The notes under the pieces were generated by a model. It was not told where the DNA came from. It did not search any database and worked only from the letters and a program-made list of their open reading frames with translations. This document shows, piece after piece, positions 37,780 through 49,800 of a stretch of 64,000 nucleotides of DNA. Each line of letters begins with the position of its first letter. The stretch's first letter is position 1. The DNA is from Octopus sinensis. Its lineage: Eukaryota. Position numbers and translations under genes: made by a program. The DNA is taken from the NCBI RefSeq assembly GCF_006345805.1, contig NC_042998.1, positions 114,452,001 through 114,516,000 of the forward strand, given 5' to 3'.

Positions 37780-38465
37780 ATTCCACATACAAAAGAAGTC
37801 TTGGAACTGTATGAATTTAAAAGAGGCCGTTCTGTGAGTCAATTTGAAGGCGGACCTAGTCAGAGTAAAATCGCAGAAAACCTTGGGATCCTACTTTCTA
37901 CAATTAATAGAGTGATTATGCAATTCACCAGGGAGGGCAAGGAATCCACATTACCTCACAGGTGTGGAGGTTAATCAGGGCCCTCTGAAGTGTGGAGGAT
38001 AATCTTCGTTGCAAGACCTCTCACATAGCAGAACATTTTGATGTCAATCCCAGATCAGCTGTCAAGCATTTCCACAAACGTGGCTACTATGGCAGAGCAG
38101 CATGTAAGAAGCCACTTCCTCGACCAGCTGATATCAAGCGGAAAACGTTTGGGCCAATGAGATGGTGGTGAGACCACTAGCATTGGAACACTGTCATATT
38201 TTTTGTTGAGTCCAAATTTGCCGTACTTTCTGACAGTGTTCGATTGTGGCTGCGGAGACACTGTGATTAAGAATTTGACGTGAAAAGATTGCAGCCAACA
38301 ATGAAACACGGCGATTATTCTGTGATGGTCTGGAGAGCAATTTGGAGCAATGGTCTATCAGAGCTGGTGGATTGTAAGGGAAACATAAGCTCAGATAAAT
38401 GCATCCATATTATAGAAAGGACTCTTACCAATCCTTTCCAGTGTTGAAATGATTAAAAAAGGCTT
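37780..38465 (+). mobile_element. Decayed Tc1-like transposase fragment
   Basis: [29 protein letters not shown] (HTH), GYYGRAACKKPL, WNTVIFFVESKF (FSDESKF motif), TMKHGDYSVMVWRAIW. Confidence 0.85.
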
Positions 38466-38477
38466 TCTATATATATA

Positions 38478-39346
38478 CAGGGTGTGGTCAATAAACTGTC
38501 GTCTAGATCACGTAAAAATGAAAATCTGACATCTCATTTTAACAGATATATTTACTAAAATTACATAAAAATTTCTTGAAATACTAAAGAGTAAATTTAT
38601 TCAATAAAATTGCCATTGGCTTCAGCCACGGCCTCCTGACGCCTTTGGAATTTCTTGCAGCTCTTCTGGAGGTCTCCTTGCTTAAGTTGGTGCATGCTGC
38701 CATAATCCTTGCCTTCAGTTGATCTTTGGTGTTAGAAGGAGTTTTCTTAGTCTCTCGTTCAACTGCGCCCAGCACTTTATGTGCAAGGGCGTTGCAGTCT
38801 GGGGAGTTAGGTGGCTATATTTTAAGAGTGGTGTGGTCGCAGAAATTGTCTGACAGCTATGACTGGGACCTCCTTCTTTGTGTGGCATGGTGCAGATACC
38901 TGTTACCAGACACTGGGTCTTCCAGCAGACATCCTATTGACTCAGACCAGCACTGATTTCTCCAGGCACTTGATGTATGCCTCCGTGTTCAGCGTGAGGC
39001 CGTGTCGGAAGATGAATGACGGCATAACGTCGCCATCACTTGTGATCACTCCAAACATCATGATGTTGACTGGATGTTTGATTTTTATCACTCTCTGAAA
39101 ATGTTCTCAGTTTGGCGCCCCAACACTCTGAAATGTTCGTATTGGAGCTCCAGAGGAATATGCCAAGCACTTCAGCATGTAGTTTCTAAATTTCTGGCAG
39201 AGTAGATTGCATCATGGTACTATTTTTCTTACAGAGAATGCCCAGCTGACCGTAAAATACTGAGTAGTTGACAAAGTAAAAAACAAACTACGCATATACA
39301 CGGAATTAAAAACATAAAATGGCAGCAATTTATCCATCGTACCCTA
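38478..39346 (-). mobile_element. Internally deleted DD37D (maT)-like DNA transposon
   Basis: Imperfect TIRs CAGGGTGTGGTCAATAAACTGTCG and (rc) TAGGGTACGATGGATAAATTGCTGCC, each next to TA. Minus strand KHPVNIMMFGVITSDGDVMPSFIF..LNTEAYIKCLE, SAPCHT, PPNSPDCN and LGAVERET. Confidence 0.8.
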
Positions 39347-39571
39347 TATTCATATGATTTTATTTATATATATATATATATATAATAGTAAATAAATGGT
39401 ACAACGAGGCACCGATATTTACTGGAAAATAGCAATCGTAATAAATACGACGCTATTGTATAGCTTCACTGCGTATATACTAGCAAAGACGCGTGTGTGC
39501 AACAAACAAGAAAAAAATTTGTCTTACCTCTAGGAAGACCATCTGAAAAATGGAAAACCTAGAATCGGATA

Positions 39572-39642
39572 ATGCAGTACCAGTTTCAGACTCTTCAAAT
39601 ACGTTTGACGACGTAGATTTGATTTGTCTTCATCAGCTGCAT
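39572..39642 (-). ncRNA. Minimal type I hammerhead ribozyme with intact core
   Basis: Minus strand: ATGCAG (stem I) CTGATGA AGAC-aaa-TCAAA-tc-TACGT-cgtcaa-ACGTA-TTTGA-aga-GTCT (stem II) GAAAC TG GTA | CTGCAT (stem I'). All conserved core nucleotides are present, stem I is a perfect 6 bp, and the cleavage triplet is GUA. Confidence 0.8.
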
Positions 39643-41009
39643 ATACCTAGACAAAATTTCATATGTTGCCACATCTTTGCCAGTACACTCGTCTGAATGC
39701 CAAAACTTTAACAGAACGATAACAGTGAAAAAGTTTCAATGAAAATAATAATGCAATACGAAAGTATTGCTTTCCAGTAAAAAATAGCCCGTAAGGGTAA
39801 AGTTATACATATAATAGTAAATAAATGTAAACATCGAGAGAGAGAGAGAGAGAGAGAGAGTGATGAGAGAGAAGGAAGGAGAGAGAGAATGAGGGAGAGA
39901 AAGAGAGACTGATAAATAAACAAGTGATTGTAAGCTAATGAGCGACAAATGCAAAGATTGTGCTTTGAGAAGTTAGTTGTGCATACTTAGTTTAGATGAA
40001 TTAGAAATATTACAGAGCTCAGCTGTTTATTCACTGAAAATTATGAGACATGAGGCAGAAAATATGTGTTGAGTCAGCATTTTAAAGAATTAAATAGAAT
40101 ATAAAAAATAAAAATTCCAAACCAAGGCGGAAATGTCAGACTGCAAAGAAAAAATGTCACAGATACTTTTTAATAACGTGGAATTTGTAAAGATGAAAGC
40201 TCTACGCTATAGTAAGAATATCACAAAAATAATTGTTGTCTCGTCAAAGGTCATCCTTGATTGAGCAGGCCAATGATGAAAAATATTAAATCGATGATCA
40301 ACGCCTCTTCTCCTTTACGAATATTTATGACTCCATTATCCAATGTACTCTTTTTTTTTCAAGACTTTACGGTGTAATTTTAGAGTGATATAACTGTTAT
40401 TTGAAACATTTCGAGCGCTTACATATCGGCTCCCTCATCATTCCTGTTTATCACCTTCAAATATCTTGTACTAAATATTTGTCCCAGTTTTTTTCTATTC
40501 ACACAGTACGACTGTAATCATTTTTGGCGTATGATTTATGTTGTGTGATGCATTTCTTTCATCGTCTGTAATGCTAATAGGCAAGATTATTCAATATATA
40601 GTCTAAAGCTATCCTACTGATTGACATTTATATAAGACCAACAAGCATCATTCAATAGCATATAGAGATACTCATCATCCTATCTGTCTCTTAAATATCA
40701 TTAAAAATTTTTTACCAAGGCGTCTATTACGTAGTTGCTGAATTTGCTTCAAATAACTCTAATCTTTTTCAAATCACATTCTACTTTCTTAGAATAGAGC
40801 AGTTAAACCTACAGCATGCATACATAGACCGGAACTGGTATGCTGAAGATTCAGTAGATCAGTAGATCAACAGCGGTTGATTATAATGGAAAGCCTGAAT
40901 GCAAAGTAGTTCCGATGGTCCGAATCTCAAAATTCTTTAGTTATTCGATATCAAAAGAGCCGTGTGTTATCGTGTTGAACACAATGCTCCACAATATTTC
41001 TTTAGAATA

Positions 41010-41450
41010 AGGTGGCAAGCTGGCAGAAACGTTAGCACGCCGGGTGAAATGCTTAGCGGTATTTCGTCTGCCGTTCAAATTCCGCCGAGGTCTACTTTGC
41101 CTTTCATCCTTTCGGAGTTGATAAATTAAGTACCAGTTACGCACTGGATTCGATGTAATCGACTTAATCCGTTTGTTTGTCCTTGTTTGTCCCCCCTTGT
41201 GGCTAGTAAAGAAATAGGTATTTCGTCCGTTCTTAATTTCTGAATTCAAATTCCGCCGAAGTGGACATTGCCTTTCATCCTTTCGAGGTCGATAAATTAA
41301 GTACCAGTTACATACTGAGTTCGATCTAATCGACTGGCCCCTTCCTCCAAAATTTCGGGCTCTGTGCCAAGAGTAAAAAAGAATATTTCTTTAGAACAAG
41401 GCAGCGAGTTGGCAGAAGCGTTAGAACGCCGGGTGAAATGCTTAGCGAAG
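41010..41450 (+). mobile_element. Compound SINE family B (Nin-domain-like) plus an extra head
   Basis: GGCAAGCTGGCAGAAACGTTAGCACGCCGGGTGAAATGCTTAGCGG..TTCAAATTCCGCCGAGG..GCCTTTCATCCTTTCG..GATAAATTAAGTACCAG (Nin-like motif), internally duplicated. The 15-mer AATATTTCTTTAGAA occurs at 40993, 41382 and 41451. Confidence 0.88.
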
Positions 41451-41734
41451 AATATTTCTTTAGAATTTCTATGACCTTAGTTCAAATCCTAGCAACCCTA
41501 CCTTCAATTTTATTTTTACTTAAATATAGGACCCCGTATTTTAAAGGCGAATACAAATATAATATGTTACGCTCATTTTCTTTAGTCATTGAACTGAAGT
41601 GAATTTGTTCGAGTCGGAATCAGAATCCGAGCATGGATTCAACTAGATGATTTCATACCATTTTATGCACATGGATGCACTCTTCCTTATGAAGAGTGAA
41701 ATCGACTATCATATGTCATTTACTTCTTTGAATC

Positions 41735-41975
41735 ATGTATACGGTAACGTAAACACACCAATAACGGTCGTCAAGTGGTGGTGGGGGAAAACTATAGTAA
41801 CAAAAAAACACACACACGATCGCCTTCTTTCAGTTTCCATTTACCAAATCCATTCGGAGGACGTTGGTCGGACCGAGGCTACAGTAGAAGTAGCTTGCCT
41901 AAGTTTCCATGTAGTGGCACTGAACTCGGAACCATGTGGTTGGGAAGCGAACTCCTTACCATACAGCCTCACCAG
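41735..41975 (-). mobile_element. SINE family A, diverged
   Basis: CTTCTTTCAGTTTCC..TACCAAATCCA..GGACCGAGGCTACAGTAGAAG..CTGAACTCGGAACCATGTGGTTGGGAAGC is the reverse complement of the family A head. Confidence 0.85.
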
Positions 41976-42847
41976 CTACATAATATCAATATGGTACTTA
42001 TCTCCATTGAAGGGCAAATAGGAAAGTTGTGTTTGTTTAATCCAAGAATATCGCTGATGAAGTGGGCCTTTGAAGAAAGGTGTATCCGAGTTGACGACTC
42101 CTCTTTATTTTAGACTACATTATTCAAGAAGGTGCGGAATTAGTAGATCGATGGAGGTATCGAATAAACTACCTCTTAATATTTATTTCTGCCTTTGTGC
42201 TTTGCTTTAAAATTCATTCAGGTTAATTTTGCCTTTCATCCTTTCTGGATCAATATATTAAGTACGAGATCGGTAGATTGGTAGAATTGTCAGAGCACCA
42301 GATGCAAGATCCTGTAGATAAATAGCGAAAGCTTAAAGAACGCGGTCAAGTATTTTCGTGTAACACTGTTAATGGCAGAACGACAGATATCAGGACAAAA
42401 TGCCTGGTGCCATGTCCTTTATAAACACACCTCATCTCTCTCTCCCCTTCTTCCTCGTTCTCTCTCTCTCTCCCTCTTTCTCTATCTCTTTCACACACAG
42501 GTATCATGCAATGTGGTGTTTCTTTTCTAAAGTGGTAAGTTGTTTATCAAGATAGATTTAGTTTATATCGCTATTAGATCAGCTGACCGCCGAGAGACCT
42601 ACCTGGATCGCAATATAGAGGAGACCTGAGAGGTGGTATTTGAGATCTGAAGTTAAATAACAGTGCCGTGCATAATGTCCAGTTCTGTCAATCCATAGCT
42701 ATTTGAAAGTAATCGACATTAAAGAAATATTTCGAATTCAATGTCTAACTATCTGTTTTTGCAAGTCTGAGAATTAACATTCTAGTAGCCAAATATTTTC
42801 ATTCTTGTCACAAAATAATATGCCAAATTTGCATCTATTCATATAAT

Positions 42848-42906
<59 letters not shown>

Positions 42907-44022
42907 TTACAGACACACACATATATATATATATGTGTGTGTGGTGTGTGTGTGTGTGTTGTGTGTGTGTGTGTGTGTGAGTGTGTTTGTGTGTGTATTT
43001 ATGAATGTATATATATATATATATATCAATATAGGCTGAATAGTTCGTATTGTATGGCTGGTTAAGTGTTTGGAATAACATAGCAAAACAGAAGAATATA
43101 CAACTTGCATACGCATTCTCAAAATCTGTACACAACCTATGAAGACAAACACATATTTAAATATACACAGTCGCACGCAACCACACACTCGCATGTACAC
43201 ACGCACGCACACACACAGACACAAACATTCAAATACATACATATATATATATACATATATATACACATATATATGTGTGTATGTATATGCATAAAAACTA
43301 AAATATCTGTTCAAATCTTCGTGAAGGAGAATAACAAATATTAAATGTCCCATTTATGGTTTTCTTTCAGTAGACCTCATGTGTGGTTCATTTGAAGGCA
43401 TTATTTTTCGTAAACTAACGCTATGTAGATTAAGGAAGAAAAAAAAGCCTGCTGCTTCGGAAAGTCTTGTGCGTAGAATTAAAAGGCCAACAGCATATGC
43501 CAGCAGTGCCAACGACGAATGCGCGCAGAGCAAAAGGCTATTTAAACACTCTAATACAAACACACGAATATGCTTAAGCGCACGCATACACGCACGTACA
43601 TGCCTTTATATACGTATCTATGTAATGATATGTGTGGAGACATTTGTGATTGTAAACGTATGTGTATGGACATTTTAGCCTTTAGAGTCTACGAGACAAC
43701 AAAGCTTCTCACATTTGGTACATGGTTTATCTACATCAAAGAGCTACTAACAACCACTAAAAGGTTAACCGTAGCGAACAAATGAAGTGTATTTTTCAGG
43801 TATGCATATGTAATATATGTATGTATATATGTATGTATGTAAATACGCATGTATGTATATATATTGTATATATATATATTGACTCAGTCACACACACATA
43901 TAATATAGACACATATACATACATACATACACGTATATCTGAATGTAAATTTGAAGAAAGATAACAAATTGCTTAAGATATTAATATATATATATATATC
44001 AGTTTATATATGTATATATATA

Positions 44023-44070
<48 letters not shown>

Positions 44071-44074
<4 letters not shown>

Positions 44075-44512
44075 TGTATGTATGTATTCTTTTTCTTTTA
44101 TTCCTTTACTTGTTTCAGTCATTTGACTGCGGCCATGCTGGAGCACCGCCTTTAGTCGAACAAATCGACCGCAGGACTTATTCTTTGTAAGCCTAGTACT
44201 TATTCTATCGGTCTCTTTTTGCCGAAACGCTAATTTACGGGGACCTAAACGCACCAACATTGGTTGTCAGGCAATGGTTGACAAAAACGGACACACAAAT
44301 ACATTCATATATATATACGACTAAGCTATACAAGAAGACACATACCGAAGGTGCCACGCAGTGGGACTGTACCCAGAAGTGTACCCAGATTGTACCCAGC
44401 AAGCTTCTTACCATACAGCCACTCCTACATACATATAAATATATACATACCTATATTATATATAACAAGGTATATATACATACATACATACATACATACA
44501 TACATTACATAC

Positions 44513-44565
<53 letters not shown>

Positions 44566-44674
44566 TATATTCTGAAACTTCAAATTTTTCAATAAGCTAG
44601 TACACTGGTTTTAAATTGATATTAATCAATTAATATTGAATTTTTTCCCTTACAATTTAAATTTATATATATAT

Positions 44675-44769
<95 letters not shown>

Positions 44770-45192
44770 TGTATGTATGTATTCTTTTTCTTTTATTCCT
44801 TTACTTGTTTCAGTCATTTGACTGCGGCCATGCTGGAGCACCGCCTTTAGTCGAACAAATCGACCGCAGGACTTATTCTTTGTAAGCCTAGTACTTATTC
44901 TATCGGTCTCTTTTTGCCGAAACGCTAATTTACGGGGACCTAAACGCACCAACATTGGTTGTCAGGCAATGGTTGACAAAAACGGACACACAAATACATT
45001 CATATATATATACGACTAAGCTATACAAGAAGACACATACCGAAGGTGCCACGCAGTGGGACTGTACCCAGAAGTGTACCCAGATTGTACCCAGCAAGCT
45101 TCTTACCATACAGCCACTCCTACATACATATAAATATATACATACCTATATTATATATAACAAGGTATATTATACATACATACATACATACA

Positions 45193-45258
<66 letters not shown>

Positions 45259-45354
45259 TATATTCTGAAACTTCAAATTTTTCAATAAGCTAGTACACTG
45301 GTTTTAAATTGATATTAATCAAATTAATATTGAATTTTTTCCCTTACAATTTAA

Positions 45355-45359
<5 letters not shown>
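44071..45359 (+). repeat. Near-identical tandem duplication, period 695 bp, each unit carrying a minus-strand family A SINE (44088-44430, 44783-45125)
   Basis: ORFs at 44260 and 44955 are identical and offset by 695. Differences are almost confined to microsatellite lengths, plus a 1-bp indel near the unit end. Units are separated by (TA)n. Confidence 0.95.
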
Positions 45360-45415
<56 letters not shown>

Positions 45416-46134
45416 CAAGAAGGTCTAGAAGGTATCGGGTAAACGCTAAGTAAGTGCTATGGATAGATCATGGTTAAGCCCCAGGCTTGATAATGATACG
45501 AGTGAGGAGTCCAGCGTGGGTCGTGTATTAGCATGCATATATATATATAAATTGGCAGAATCAGATTAAAAAATGAAGACAGTAAATACATTTCATGAAA
45601 TCTATTTATTGCCTTGGTTTTTTATTATCTCATTCTACCAATTTATATATATATACATGTGGTTGCAATACGACAACGCTGTTGTCTGATGTATATCAAT
45701 ATTTTCTATAGTCCCTCCTATCATAGAACTGGAATTATGTAGGCTGGGAGTTTTTCTCAATTATATGAACTCCACTGTTTAACAGGCACTTATTTTTCTG
45801 ACCGCGTAAAGGTGAAATGCAAAGTCGATCACGGAGGCATTTCAACTCCGAAAGCAAACCCGGTACAAATGCCGCTAAATAGTTTGGCAGCCTGGTAACA
45901 ATGCTGACGGTTCGCTCTCATTATGTGATACATGTATACAATAAACGCCACGTATGTGTTTCTGTGTATATGTGTGTGTGTATGTATGTGTATGTGTTTG
46001 TGTATGTTTGTGTTTCTATGTTTGACCCTCTAACATCGCTTGACAACCGATGTTGGTGTGCTTATGTGCCTGTAACAAATAAAGGAATACGTTAAAATTA
46101 AGTATGTATGCACAAGGTATGTATCTATATATAT

Positions 46135-46170
<36 letters not shown>

Positions 46171-46177
<7 letters not shown>

Positions 46178-48600
46178 TGTCAGACCTTCGAAGGCACAAT
46201 GGAAAAGTCTGAATGACCTACCAAGAAGCCTGCGCCAAAGAAGGACTACTGGAGTACGATGCTCACCGGGACCAGACACTGGACGAGACAGCAGTCAGCG
46301 GAGCACCAAGTCAACTGAACCAGCTATTTTCTCTCATGTTGATGACATGTGGCTTGGGTAAACCTCTCGAGCTTTGGGCGACCCACAAACCCAGCATAGC
46401 AGAAGACATCCTACAAAGGATTCAAAGGCAAACTTCATCGAGAAATTGCCATGCTCAATAACGCCAGTTACAATGAGGCATTACTTGACCTGGACACACG
46501 ACTGCAAGCTATGGGAGGCCAAGGCATTACCATATTTGGCCTGCCTAACCGGAGAAGGCAGCAAATAATCTTGCAATTAAGTACCTGTGAGAAATCAGCT
46601 ATGACATCGAGGAAATGATGGCGCATATAGCTGATAATGAACTCAAACTGATGAAGGCCCAACTGTGTGTTTATAAGACCATTATTTCGAGCATTAAAAG
46701 TAAAAGAGGAGGTCTTTTCACTCTGAATGCTCCAGGGGGAACTGGCAAGATATTTGTCGTCAAACTTCTTACTAAATCGCGCCAAATGAAACACGTTTCA
46801 ATAGCAGTGGTGTGAAGTGGAATAGCCGCAACTCTGCTAAGTGGTGGCCCCCCACATCTAATTCCTGTTTCAAACTTCTTTTGGACCTGTCCAAGAAAGA
46901 GAAAGTAAATGCAACATCAGTTGTGGTTCTATAAAAGGCAAACTTCTGGGTGAATGCAGGTTGATCATCTGGGATGAAGCGACAATGAGCAAAAGGTTTC
47001 CTTTGAAGTTCTTCACATGGCCCTTCAGGATCTGAAACACAACACCAGGCTCATGGGAGATACCACAGTATTACTTGCAGGAGACTTTAGACAAACCCTT
47101 CCAGTAGTTCCAAAGGGGACAGGAGTTGATGAGGTAAATGCTAGCATAAAGTCGTCCTACCAACGGAGCAGTATGCAAAAGCTGAGACTCACAACTATCA
47201 TGAAACTGCAGCCCAGTGGTGGTGATGCAGACAGAACTTTTTCAAAGCAACTGTTGGACGTCGGTAATGGCACTTCAGTTGGCGAGAAGGATGGCCGAGT
47301 AAGCTTGCTTTTGGACATATGGTATATGATTTAAAGGAACTGATGAATAAGGTGTTTCCTAACCTGAGGAATCAGTTTACAGACCACAACTGGCTGAAAA
47401 CCCGTGCCATCTTAGCTCCAAAGAATGTGGCAGTTGATGATTTGAATATCAAACCTCTGGGACAGTTTCCAGGTGAGTGTCACATCTACAATTCCATTGA
47501 CACTGTACTCAACCTCAATGAAGTTATGAATTATCCAGTTGAGTTCTTGAATAGTCTAACACCACCTCATGATTGGGGCGCCAGTTATGCTGATTCGAAA
47601 CCTCCATCCACCAAAGCTTTGCAATGGCACACAATTTATAATAAAGAAGACAATGCCAACAGTCTTGGAGACAACAATTTTGACTGCTAAAGCAAGCAGT
47701 GAGCCTGTATTCATTACTTGAATACCAATTATTGCTCAGATATACCTTTCCATTACAAGCGCCTGAAATTCCCGTTGAAACTGAGCTTTGTAATGAGCAT
47801 TAACAAGGCCCAGTCCTTGGATGTTGTAGGTCTGAGCCTTGCGGAAACAGTTTTCTTCCAAGGCTAACTTTGTGTGGGATGCTCAAAAGTCGGAAATCCT
47901 AATCATTTGTTTATTTATGTCCCACAAGGAAAGATAAAAAATGTTGTTTATCAAGAAGCTCTGCAAACTTAATAAGATTCAGCAAATCATCAGGTATTTA
48001 TTATATAACTGTAATATTTGTAAGTGTTGTAAATGTATTGATAATCTACATGTTATTTTATTTTAAAATCAACATGCAAATTTATTTGTATGCCTGCTGT
48101 AAAACTAAATATCAGTCTGTTTCTACATTCATTGTAAATATATTTCAACACTATGGGTTATTTTCTCTGGGAACGCACAAAAGCCCTTTTCAGAGTTATT
48201 TACTTCGAATTGTTATTATCTCGTATCCGATTAGCCTGTTGTTACGAAACACGCTTCACGATTTTGGTATACATACCGTATTGGTATTTCCTCCTAAGTT
48301 CTATATACACTGGGAAGGCATTAAATCCATTTTCGGAACTACTTTATTTGAATTCTTACTATCAAGTAACTAATTGCATGTTATTACGTAACTGACTTCA
48401 CGATTTGGGTATTCATAACATTGAGATTTCCTAATAACAAGATCCTGTGTAAGACAGTTCGGTATTCTCTGTAACTGCACAAAAACCATCTTAAGGGCTA
48501 TATACTTTGTATTGTTGTAATTGGATTAGCGAAACAATTATGAGAACGGAACCAAGGGATAAGACCCGCTTTTCCAGGAATTACCGGGTACGTCAACTAG
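46171..48600 (+). mobile_element. 5'-truncated Helitron: decayed PIF1-like helicase (46171-47972) and intact 3' terminus
   Basis: TYQEACAKEGLLEYD, NAPGGTGK (Walker A), IIWDEATM, LLAGDFRQTLPVVP, RAILAPKN, LCNGT, FPLKLSFVMSINKAQ, KNVVYQEALQT*. A subterminal imperfect hairpin CCAGGAATTACCGGG is followed by CTAG (48597-48600)|T. Confidence 0.93.
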
Positions 48601-48826
48601 TTCTGAATAATTGTATTCTACTTGATATCCGAAATATATAGTGACCGTAAATCTCCACAGCGAAAAGTGGTATTAGGCAATTTTGGCCACTCGGAATCTA
48701 GCCCATTGCTGGGGTATTGGCAGATCAATGTAGTAAAAAGCAACAACAATAACTACAACAACAGCAACAATACCACTACCACCACCAATAATATGTGTGT
48801 GTGTTTGTGTGTGAGTATGTCTATCC

Positions 48827-48862
<36 letters not shown>

Positions 48863-49077
48863 CTATCTATCTATCTATCTATCTATCTCGTTTCTTTGTA
48901 TCGTCTATCTGGATGTTTTGTTGTCCCTTTCTTGTATCACCTAACTGTCTTGATGTTTTGCGTTCTAGTCCCATTTTGTATTCTTTTTTATATATCTATA
49001 AATCTATATATATATATATAAACATATATACGCAAATGTACACACGCATAAATATATATATATATATATATATACAT

Positions 49078-49245
49078 GATTGCTGGCAACTCGTGAACGC
49101 GGTAGATCAGCTCTGACCATTGCTCATGCAAAATGTCAGCAATGCCCAAGCATGAGGTTCTTGCCTCCACGACCAGACGCCCTCGGGCTCCACTTCACGG
49201 CTTGCATGCTCAGGGCGGCGTCCTCTCACTGGACTTGGCATCAAT
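49078..49245 (-). mobile_element. Short probable RTE-like 3' fragment
   Basis: GC-rich island next to (TA)n. Minus strand QAVKWSPRASGRGG resembles RTE xALxWxPxGxRxRGRP. Confidence 0.35.
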
Positions 49246-49379
49246 GAGTTGGCTCGACATAGACTGTGCAACCTAAAACTTTATGTTAAATAAGGCCTGC
49301 ACAACACATCAAAAACCTTCACCATCCTCTTGGAGTTATTAGAGTAGCTGTGATAAATACGTATAAATTTAACATTTCA

Positions 49380-49800
49380 TACATAGATCAGACAGCTGCT
49401 ATAATCCAAATTTCAACATATCAAGACTCGAACTTTTTGCGACGCTGATCCCTTTATTGCGATGGTTGGAGCATCCTTTGTATAATCGATTGTGAAATTT
49501 TCCCACATTCAAGGTTTATTTGCTAGTGAAGGTACACAGAAGGTTTACTATAGGCAGGATCAGTCTCATTTCTCTGTTTATCCGCTTTGCTAGCTCTCTG
49601 CTGTTGTTAATCTTTAAAACGTGTCGTTAGTATCTACGAAGTGGAGTTTTGGTCATATTTGAAACAAGGGGTGGACTGGACTCAGTCATAGACCATGATA
49701 AATCAAGTGCCATTGTTTCCAAAAAATACGGTCTGTCTTTTAACAACAGCATCTCTTTAAAAATATTGCCGCAGCCCTCCAAAACCAGTTTCACGAAACA
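49380..49800 (-). mobile_element. Decayed hAT (Buster/Charlie-like) transposase remnant
   Basis: Minus-strand fragments DAVVKRQ..ETMALD and WENFTIDYTKDAPTIAIKG resemble LSNxTVxRRIxxMAxD and WxNxxxxxTDGAPxMxG. Confidence 0.4.

Noticed and set aside
42053-42095. CTGATGA motif as another hammerhead (also near 23244, 33195, 46648, 47340)
   Set aside because: No correctly placed stem II plus GAAA or closing stem I. Several lie within transposon coding remnants.
46213-47972. Host PIF1 helicase gene
   Set aside because: Intronless, with many frameshifts and stops, a Helitron-type upstream motif (TYQEAC..GLL) and a Helitron CTAG terminus.
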